Shown: in pieces, positions 11,920 to 19,230 of the stretch
How positions within the stretch are numbered: position 1 is the first letter of the stretch
How the letters are laid out: the number at the start of each line of letters is the position of its first letter
DNA from: Sanchytrium tribonematis
Lineage: Eukaryota
Length of the DNA: 42,145 nt
Assembly (NCBI GenBank): GCA_018985235.1
Contig: JADGIG010000021.1
Location: 1-42,145 of the forward strand
Direction: 5' to 3'
Notes under the pieces: generated by a model
The model's database searches: none
What the model was told of the DNA's origin: nothing
The model's input: the letters and a program-made list of their open reading frames with translations, nothing else
Made by a program: the position numbers and the translations under genes

Positions 11920-13104
11920 TTAGACTATTAGAGTCGTATTTTCACTCATAAAAGGCATAAAAAGATCTTGCAACACCTTCCCTTTAATGTGATTTGCGAT
12001 AACCTCCCATATTTGACGTGGATCAGATTTGTATTTAGTAAAGTCAACTACCATATCTTGGGGAACTTTGATAAAATAGCATCCATTTGGCAATATGAAA
12101 TCCTTACACAACTCTTCACTTTTGATTTTGTATACCGCGGGAGACTTGCATTTTTTAAGCTGTTCAAACTTTTCTAAAAACAGAATATAGTTTGTTGCGA
12201 ATCTCTTTGAGCAATATCGATAGAATATTCTTCTTTGAGTTGGTTGATCTAAAAATCGCTGCATATCATCAATGTCTTGCTTAAATTTCGGTTTCAGCGT
12301 ATAAATATTGTATTTAAATTTGAGAAAGAAAATAATTGGGCAAAATAAAATTATACAGATCTGAAAAAATTCATATAAAAAAATAAATAATGAATTAGTG
12401 GATACTAATAATACGTCGCCATAAAAGATATTCGCAAAAATGAAATAAATTATAAATAGCGGAATATGAATAACACTCATCAAACGTAGTTGCCAGCGGA
12501 TTCCGAATCCGTCATCTTCGTGTCGCAGTTTAATAAATATCACAATGTCACCAACACATGCCAACACATTGATAACAGTCCAGGAGATATTAGTTGGACC
12601 GGTACATACGCTTTGATTCTGAACTGGATGCATTTTATCTAGCCCATTTAAAAGACCTGCAGCTAAATCTATCAAATACACAAGAATAGGCAAACAAAAT
12701 GACACAACCCAAATTGCCAGATATACATACCAAGGAATTATTTGTATCACAGTGCGGTCGGATGGAAGATTAAATAGTTTGCAATAAATAGGTAAAATCC
12801 TTGATTTTAGGTGTGATCGATAAACAATTACAAACAACACAACACAAGCGGGGTATAATATTAGAAAAGGCAAAAATGTAATTCGGTTCAGCCAATATAT
12901 ATGGAGGCATGTCAGATCATTAAATCCCTCATAATTACCGAGACGTAAGATATCTACCAGTGCTTTTCCAAATAAATGTATCGACATCAAATACGTTAGA
13001 ACTGGCAGCCTGTATCGATAATATGAAGAATTTCGACAAGCAAAGAGTCCCAAAGCACCCAAAAAATATATTCCAATGAATAGAGTCAAAAATGACAAAA
13101 TCAT
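11920..13104 (-). CDS. Multi-pass (about 7TM) protein with C-terminal RGS domain (RGS1/GprK-like architecture)
   Basis: About 7 hydrophobic segments with a DGFGIR loop motif, followed by RGS-like FLDQP...IFYRYCSKRFATNYILFL...FILPNG...QDLFMPF. Confidence 0.75.
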   Translation of the reverse strand: MILSFLTLFIGIYFLGALGLFACRNSSYYRYRLPVLTYLMSIHLFGKALVDILRLGNYEGFNDLTCLHIYWLNRITFLPFLILYPACVVLFVIVYRSHLKSRILPIYCKLFNLPSDRTVIQIIPWYVYLAIWVVSFCLPILVYLIDLAAGLLNGLDKMHPVQNQSVCTGPTNISWTVINVLACVGDIVIFIKLRHEDDGFGIRWQLRLMSVIHIPLFIIYFIFANIFYGDVLLVSTNSLFIFLYEFFQICIILFCPIIFFLKFKYNIYTLKPKFKQDIDDMQRFLDQPTQRRIFYRYCSKRFATNYILFLEKFEQLKKCKSPAVYKIKSEELCKDFILPNGCYFIKVPQDMVVDFTKYKSDPRQIWEVIANHIKGKVLQDLFMPFMSENTTLIV

Positions 13105-13160
13105 GAGCGAGGAGTAGTTTTAGTTACAAACACAATTAATTTAATAAATGGCAAAATCTA

Positions 13161-13484
13161 TCAGACAATGCCGCGCTTCTTTCTTTCAAAATATTGCTCT
13201 ATCGATAGCTTTTGATTATTCATACCGCTTTTGTTTCCATCTTCTTTCTTATTTTTTGTGAAAAGTGAGTCTAAATCAGACAAATAACTGGCAGTTTCTT
13301 TAAATATTTGATGGCCGATTCCATCGCTGTTCATTTTTTTCTTTAAACGTACCTGACTGCTTTTCATTTGATCAACGTTGTATTTTTTAAGGTAGTTATG
13401 AGCAACACTATTTTTGGTATTCCAACGCTGATTGTTGGGATCAACTGCAATTCTTTGCCTTTGTCGGGGACCTGCCATTGTCAT
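13161..13484 (-). CDS. PXR1: Pxr1/Gno1/PinX1-like protein with degenerate G-patch (about 107 aa)
   Basis: MAGPRQRQRIAVDPNNQRW matches the Pxr1 N-terminus, followed by YLKKY, GIG, LDSLF and SIEQYFERK. The ORF-track extension to 13742 is antisense to RPF1. Confidence 0.7.
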   Translation of the reverse strand: MTMAGPRQRQRIAVDPNNQRWNTKNSVAHNYLKKYNVDQMKSSQVRLKKKMNSDGIGHQIFKETASYLSDLDSLFTKNKKEDGNKSGMNNQKLSIEQYFERKKRGIV

Positions 13485-13511
13485 TTTGATACTTGGGGGA
13501 AACAGTTGACA

Positions 13512-14426
13512 ATGACGGAAATGAAAGACTTGCACAAGATAAAAAATAAAGTACGAAGAAGTGCTGCTGTAAAACGAATGGCACAACACTTTTTGAAAGA
13601 AAAGAAAGTTAAACTCGTGGAAAGAAGAGCTGAAGAGAATGAAAATCCTGAATTGTTGGTCAAACGTCTCGCTGAAAATGTACCAATTACAATTGAAAAT
13701 AGCAGAATACCTAATGAAACTGCGGTCAGCGAGGAAGATCAAGAAGATGCTTTAATAGAAGAATCGATGGATGAATTTGCTTCTTATTTCAATTCTTCTG
13801 ATGCAGAACCCAAAATACTTGTTACAACTTCTAGAAACCCGTCTGGCAAAATATATGATTTTGCAAATGAATTCTCTGATATATTTCCTAACTGTGAATT
13901 TGTGAAAAGAAAAAATTTTGACGTTAAACAAATTGTAAAATTTTGTCAAAATAGAAATTACACCGATGTTATAATAATTAATGAGAATAACAAAATTGCT
14001 GATTATTTAACTATGATTCATCTTCCAGAAGGACCGACAGCTTTTTTTAGATTGTCGAATACAGCACTCTCAAAAGAGATTCATAATCATGGTAGGAGCA
14101 CCGCACACCAGCCTGAACTTATTTTAAACAATTTTGACTCCAAACTAGGTCGTACTGTAGGTAGATTCTTGGCTTGCTTGTTTCCTAAGCTTCCAGAATT
14201 TGAAGGAAGACAGGTCGCAACCTTTCATAACCAAAGAGACTTTATATTTTTTAGGCGTCATAGATATATGTTCAATCATGGGAAAGCTGTTCTCCAAGAA
14301 ATTGGCCCTAGATTCACACTTAAACTCAGATGGTTAAGGAAAGGATTGTTTGATCACGACGGAGAAATTCAGTTCAAGTGGCACCCTAAAATGCAAGTTG
14401 ACAGAAGAAAGTTCTTCCTTAGCTAA
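13512..14426 (+). CDS. RPF1: Brix-domain ribosome production factor 1 (304 aa)
   Basis: IKNKVRR, PITIENSR, PKILVTTS, HLPEGPTAFF, PELILNNF, TFHNQRDFIFFRRHRY and LQEIGPRFTLKL. Confidence 0.96.
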   Translation: MTEMKDLHKIKNKVRRSAAVKRMAQHFLKEKKVKLVERRAEENENPELLVKRLAENVPITIENSRIPNETAVSEEDQEDALIEESMDEFASYFNSSDAEPKILVTTSRNPSGKIYDFANEFSDIFPNCEFVKRKNFDVKQIVKFCQNRNYTDVIIINENNKIADYLTMIHLPEGPTAFFRLSNTALSKEIHNHGRSTAHQPELILNNFDSKLGRTVGRFLACLFPKLPEFEGRQVATFHNQRDFIFFRRHRYMFNHGKAVLQEIGPRFTLKLRWLRKGLFDHDGEIQFKWHPKMQVDRRKFFLS

Positions 14427-14437
14427 ATAAATTTATT
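14426..14437. terminator. Bidirectional poly(A) signal palindrome AATAAATTTATT (RPF1/EHD3)
   Basis: The same 12-mer, overlapping both convergent TAA stops. Confidence 0.65.
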
Positions 14438-15473
14438 AATTTCCAGAGAAGTCGTCTGGTACAGGATAAAAAAATTCATCAATAATTTTGGGTGGCACAT
14501 CTGAAATAGTTTTGTATTTCCATGCAACAGGGTCCTTCGATTTGTGAACCAATCGAGTCGTAACACCCACATGAAAGTCACTCCCTTTTTTCAATAGCTT
14601 GGATGAAACTCTGTATTCGTTTTTGAGTGCTTCTACTAAAGTTTCTGCTTTAAGGTGATATAATCTATGTGTAAGCAATAATGACGTGGGCGAAGCACTA
14701 TTTAATTTTGAAAGTAGTTCCTTACACAATTTGCAATTATCTTTTTCCGCTAATGATTCAAAAGTATCAATCAAGGATTGATTTAGAAAACAGTCATTTG
14801 CAACTTCAAATATTTTGTGATCTCTTTCAGTTGCGATAGGAGGTTCTGAAAACTCATCAATTACTTTTGAAATTTTTTCAATTTTGTTAATATTTCCGAG
14901 TTCACGAATTAAATGAGGAACTTTCTGGGAGGGAACGAAATGAGAAGCAAAACCTATTTCTCTCAGTAGCCAAGGAGAGGTTACATGTAGCCCAGTCAAT
15001 CCAAGTAATAATCCAACACCCCCTTTATATCTAGGAAGCATAAAGCTTCCACCAATATCAGGATGTAACCCAATCGCAGTCTCGGGCATACCATACCTTA
15101 CATTTTCTGTAACTACAACAAATGGAGCATGTCCCGATATGCCAACGCCTCCTCCCAGACAAATTCCATTTACGATGGCGACTGTATCTCTTTCTTGTCT
15201 TCTGTTGTAGAGAGACAGATTCATTTTATATTCTTCTTTAAAAAATTGCTTTCCTAAATTTTCATCATCTAAAAGTTCAACGACATCCCCACCAGCACAA
15301 AAAGCTTTTTTGTCGTCTGATTGTATTATTTTTAATCCACTGGAATCGAAATGCTTTTTCAATTCTTTCACCATATCTATGTTTAATGCGTTTAGCTTGC
15401 TAGGTCTATTCAACGTAAGAACAAGAGCATTAAATCGTTTTTCAGCCAAAATGTGCTTCGTAAATGCAGACAT
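14436..15473 (-). CDS. EHD3: 3-hydroxyisobutyryl-CoA hydrolase (crotonase fold), 345 aa
   Basis: TLNRPSKLNALN, KAFCAGGDV, MPETAIGLHPDIG and SPTSL. The ATG at 15473 is preceded by CCCCCTCTT. Confidence 0.9.
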   Translation of the reverse strand: MSAFTKHILAEKRFNALVLTLNRPSKLNALNIDMVKELKKHFDSSGLKIIQSDDKKAFCAGGDVVELLDDENLGKQFFKEEYKMNLSLYNRRQERDTVAIVNGICLGGGVGISGHAPFVVVTENVRYGMPETAIGLHPDIGGSFMLPRYKGGVGLLLGLTGLHVTSPWLLREIGFASHFVPSQKVPHLIRELGNINKIEKISKVIDEFSEPPIATERDHKIFEVANDCFLNQSLIDTFESLAEKDNCKLCKELLSKLNSASPTSLLLTHRLYHLKAETLVEALKNEYRVSSKLLKKGSDFHVGVTTRLVHKSKDPVAWKYKTISDVPPKIIDEFFYPVPDDFSGN

Positions 15474-15492
15474 GGCAAGAGGGGGTAATTTA

Positions 15493-16074
15493 TTATTTTT
15501 CTTTCTTGTAGTCCAGCCTTTCAACTTTAACATCCTCGATCCATTTTCCGTCTTTTAATTTCTCGCCCAATTGGTATGTATAGATTGTAACATGTTGATT
15601 AATATCTAGTAGCACAAAAGAAGGCTGTCCATCCCTTAATCGCCACTCCTTATCTTCTGTAATTTTCGTATCCTGGAATGCACCCGTCAAACTACCAGTG
15701 TATATAATCATTTTGTCTTTATGTTCTATACATTTTAGACGAGTACCTTGAGTAATCAATATGTCACAATTTAAATGAAGAGATGCAAAGTAAGCCATTT
15801 CTTCATCAAAAAGCTGATAGCCGTTCATAACACCTATGGAAGTAGGCTGATTCAGAGAGAAGTTCAAAAATTGAACTGGAGAGTTAACGTTATCATCATA
15901 TCCAAACACAGCCTTGATATCAATACATATAGATTTGAGATATTCCTTGTCTATATTGCCAAGGGCTACTATTTGCTGTATTTTACCGTTTTTCAGTAGC
16001 TTGGTAAACGGCGCAGGTATCTCAGATGCTTTTGTTGGGATATAAGAACCCCCGCATGCTAATAAAAGAACCAT
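15493..16074 (-). CDS. VPS29: Retromer subunit Vps29 (divergent)
   Basis: IP..ASEIPAPFTKLLKNGKIQQIVALGN, GSLTGA, PSFVLLDI, YTYQL and VKVERLDYKK. Confidence 0.85.
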   Translation of the reverse strand: MVLLLACGGSYIPTKASEIPAPFTKLLKNGKIQQIVALGNIDKEYLKSICIDIKAVFGYDDNVNSPVQFLNFSLNQPTSIGVMNGYQLFDEEMAYFASLHLNCDILITQGTRLKCIEHKDKMIIYTGSLTGAFQDTKITEDKEWRLRDGQPSFVLLDINQHVTIYTYQLGEKLKDGKWIEDVKVERLDYKKEK

Positions 16075-16087
16075 CGATCAAGTCAAA

Positions 16088-16094
16088 ACTCCTT
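16088..16094. promoter_or_regulatory. ACTCCTT start-proximal motif centred in the 33-bp VPS29/CC2D1-like divergent gap (representative copy)
   Basis: 13 nt from each ATG. Related motifs occur near about 15 start codons in the window. Confidence 0.6.
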
Positions 16095-16107
16095 TGTTAG
16101 ATCTTTA

Positions 16108-17886
16108 ATGAATGAAAATGATCTGCAAAAATTACTTACAATTGACTTAGTTGATGAAGGGAATACAAATGATGATGAACTTCTCGAAGATTTTGAAAAT
16201 CTAAAAAACGGCCAACAAATTCAAGCTGTGGAACCTTTGGTTGATGACGATGAAGGAGAGGAAATTTTGCTCGAGGAGCCAGATACAAGCTTACCTCATG
16301 AAAGTGGAGACTTCCTTATTAAATTAGAAACAGGCTCTAGAGACGAGGTATTGTTAATGTCGAATGAGTACAAGTTAAATGCTATTCAACAAAAGAAATT
16401 AGGGAATCTTGATTTGGCCATGAGCTATATGAAAGGTCTTAAACTATTGCAGGAAAAAATCAAGGAATTAGAGCCTCTGAAATTGGATGATGGTCCGCAT
16501 CTGACGGGAAATCAAACAATTTTGGTGAAGCCAGAGATTTCTGTTCGTTCTTATAAACCTGAACCAATTTTAGACAAGCAGGCAATTGAAAGACTTAATT
16601 ATCAGGTTGAGCTTTCATTATTGTATTCAAAGATATTTCTTCGCCTTCAAGACAAAACAAATGCACTGTATTTTCATAGACTTTCGAAACTATCTCAGTC
16701 AGCTCTTGATCATTATCCTGTTACCCTTTCCTCTAATTTAGTTGAGTGGAAGAATCCTGCATGTAATCCGTTTGTTGCAGCAAACACTATTCAAGTTGAA
16801 ATTATCTATCTTGATGGAATTGTTGTACAAGAGAGTTGTGAAGTATTTATTTTGGTAGATTTAGGTCCACCGAATGAAAAACCTTACCATTTTACTCATG
16901 GTCAAGTCATCAAACAAAATGGCTGTAGCAAAAAATATAGCATTGAGTCACATTTAGATATTAAGGAACTATTTCATTTCCAAATTGGATCAAGAATTAG
17001 GAAGCCGCTTAATCTGACATTATGTAAGATTTATCCACTTAGGTTTTGGGAATATGTCACAGGTCCCAGAGTTGAAAAAGTTGGAAAAATTACAATCGAC
17101 ATTAATAAGGTATTAAAAAGTGGAAATGATGCTGTTTATGAATGGTCTGGAGTTTTGCAATTTATGGACTCGAGGAAACCTACCAGCTCATATGTAAAAG
17201 TGGCTCTTCGAACGCATAAATTACTGAACGGAATTGACAATTTAAAGAAATCAGAAACTTGGATTTTTGAGCAAGAGCAAACACGTGACGAAACTAAGCC
17301 TCTCTCTAGAGGATCAAACATTTCAACAACAAGCAATCTCACCACACCAAACAATTCTCTGGCATCACCCATCACTTCTGCAAATTCACCGGCTTCGCAG
17401 CTTTCTCCAAATTCAGTAACTTCTAACTTGCCTCAGCCCGTAGCACCTCGTCCTATACCCAATACTAAAACATTGGAAACCACAGCAAAGACTTCAAATC
17501 CTACGCAAGTTTCCAAGATAAACTCGCCCCAAGTCAGCCCAGTTGGCCATGAGGATGATCCACCAGAAGAATTATTATTAAACCCAGAACATATGACGTC
17601 CAACCTTGTTTTTGAACATTATTTAAAAATTTGGTCTCAGTCGGAAGACAAACAAGATGAAGTCCAACAAATACAGCTCAAAGTCAGTATGCTTGGAGTC
17701 CAGGTATCTACAGGGAAGCTGACTATGGAAAAGTATGGGGAATTACTAAATTCTAGACTTGATCTTTTAAAAAAGGTCGCAAAAAAGCTCAGAGAATCAA
17801 ACAATGTTCAGATGGCACCCCATGCTATAATTCAAATTAAAAGCATACAGCAAGAGCTTGAAGAGCTCAAGCAAATGCAGAAATAA
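16108..17886 (+). CDS. CC2D1/Lethal(2) giant discs-like protein (DM14 + C2 + C-terminal helical domain)
   Basis: DM14-like EYKLNAIQQKKLGNLDLAMSYMKGLK, a beta-rich C2-like middle, a Ser/Pro linker and a C-terminal SNLV...GKLTMEKY...IQQELEEL helix bundle. Confidence 0.6.
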   Translation: MNENDLQKLLTIDLVDEGNTNDDELLEDFENLKNGQQIQAVEPLVDDDEGEEILLEEPDTSLPHESGDFLIKLETGSRDEVLLMSNEYKLNAIQQKKLGNLDLAMSYMKGLKLLQEKIKELEPLKLDDGPHLTGNQTILVKPEISVRSYKPEPILDKQAIERLNYQVELSLLYSKIFLRLQDKTNALYFHRLSKLSQSALDHYPVTLSSNLVEWKNPACNPFVAANTIQVEIIYLDGIVVQESCEVFILVDLGPPNEKPYHFTHGQVIKQNGCSKKYSIESHLDIKELFHFQIGSRIRKPLNLTLCKIYPLRFWEYVTGPRVEKVGKITIDINKVLKSGNDAVYEWSGVLQFMDSRKPTSSYVKVALRTHKLLNGIDNLKKSETWIFEQEQTRDETKPLSRGSNISTTSNLTTPNNSLASPITSANSPASQLSPNSVTSNLPQPVAPRPIPNTKTLETTAKTSNPTQVSKINSPQVSPVGHEDDPPEELLLNPEHMTSNLVFEHYLKIWSQSEDKQDEVQQIQLKVSMLGVQVSTGKLTMEKYGELLNSRLDLLKKVAKKLRESNNVQMAPHAIIQIKSIQQELEELKQMQK

Positions 17887-17894
17887 ATATTTTA

Positions 17895-18404
17895 TTAATC
17901 ATAGTCGTCATCTTCATCTCTAATATCAGTTCTAGCAGGCAGTGGGGCATTTTGAACAGCATCATGGCCCATATCATCAGCACCAGTATCCATATCCTCT
18001 GTTTCTTGATATGGATTTTGCAAATTGACTTGTTGGACAGGAACTGTTTTAAAAGATGAATATACAAGGCAATCGTTGTCATCAGGAAGTCTTAGTCCAG
18101 AAACTTCCTTGATAGTTGGTAGTGGTTTTACATTCAATTGGTCTGCAAGTTTGGCAAACATAGTTCTTGAAGGCACAGGTATAAATTCCCACTGAACTCT
18201 TGATGTTATAATTTGCTTTACGTTTTCAGCGGTTATTCTGTTTTCCGTCGAAATTTGATAAGAATCCAATAGTAACGTTGTAATCCATCTATGGATATAT
18301 TCTAACACGACAGGAATTACATTAGGATCAAATTTAATATTGAGCGATTGTAGAAGAAGTAAGATGTTGCGGCCCAACAATGGTAATTGTTCTGGATTTT
18401 GCAT
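17895..18404 (-). CDS. TAF9: TFIID/SAGA subunit Taf9
   Basis: Histone fold followed by PVPSR...LADQLNVKPLP...GLRLP..DCL. Confidence 0.88.
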   Translation of the reverse strand: MQNPEQLPLLGRNILLLLQSLNIKFDPNVIPVVLEYIHRWITTLLLDSYQISTENRITAENVKQIITSRVQWEFIPVPSRTMFAKLADQLNVKPLPTIKEVSGLRLPDDNDCLVYSSFKTVPVQQVNLQNPYQETEDMDTGADDMGHDAVQNAPLPARTDIRDEDDDYD

Positions 18405-18481
18405 GTTTTAAGAGGGGGAATCTGACATAATTGACATTTTTTAAAGTCAATTTATATTTAATAATACAATTATTTCTTTCA

Positions 18482-18555
18482 GGTCGCTTAGATCAGTTGG
18501 TTAGATCGTCGAGCTAATAACTCGAAGGTCGGCGGTTCAAGCCCGCCAGTGACCA
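18482..18555 (+). tRNA. tRNA-Ile (anticodon AAT), intronless
   Basis: Acceptor GGTCGCT/AGTGACC+A, D stem GATC/GATC, anticodon stem TCGAG/CTCGA with loop CTAATAA, T stem GGCGG/CCGCC with loop TTCAAGC. Confidence 0.97.
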
Positions 18556-19199
18556 TTTTTTAGTATTTCTAAAAACTCTTTTTTTCGTATAATCACTAGA
18601 GTGCTGGGTTCTGTAAAAGCTGCAATATGATAACTGTCTACTTGATAGTGGTATACCTGAATATCTCCCCATTTGTAATCCTTCGAAATGCAAACATTTT
18701 CTTCAAATCCACAACCCAGGCATTTCAAGATGGCTTCTTTGGCAGTCCAAAAGTAGCATAATGTCATAATATTATTGTTTATAGTTTCAATTTCAGATGG
18801 ATATAGCACAGAAGTCACCGACTTGATGAAATCTATCTCTTGTTCTCTTCTTGGTAAGTGAGACTGTTGGTAGATTTGCCTTGTATCCATAACATCTAAC
18901 CCGATGTGCTTTTCAGATATAGCACATCCAACAAAGTTGCCATCATGTGTTAGATTGAAATCCTTACCTTGTGGCCTTATAACTTGAGGTCTGTTATACT
19001 CATCTCTTTGTATTTCGGGTTTGCAATTTTCTGAAAGCAGTACTTGGGCTAGTAGCCACCCACTTAAACTTCGTACTTTATCTATTTCGAAGTGGTATTT
19101 TTGGATTTTCAGCTGCTCTTCCTCGTTTAGATATTTCAAATAAGATTCTAAATCCTGATACTCAAGTTCTTCAATATTAAGAAAAACTATGTTGGCCAT
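18537..19199 (-). CDS. Sfp-type 4'-phosphopantetheinyl transferase (Lys5/AASDHPPT-like)
   Basis: FNLTHDG, IGLDVM and WTAKEAILKCLGCG motifs. Confidence 0.9.
   Translation of the reverse strand: MANIVFLNIEELEYQDLESYLKYLNEEEQLKIQKYHFEIDKVRSLSGWLLAQVLLSENCKPEIQRDEYNRPQVIRPQGKDFNLTHDGNFVGCAISEKHIGLDVMDTRQIYQQSHLPRREQEIDFIKSVTSVLYPSEIETINNNIMTLCYFWTAKEAILKCLGCGFEENVCISKDYKWGDIQVYHYQVDSYHIAAFTEPSTLVIIRKKEFLEILKNGHWRA
18556..18561 (+). terminator. RNA polymerase III T6 terminator
   Basis: TTTTTT immediately after the tRNA discriminator base. Confidence 0.85.
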
Positions 19200-19230
19200 T
19201 TAGAAAAATTGTTTTATTGATAGTTTCAAA

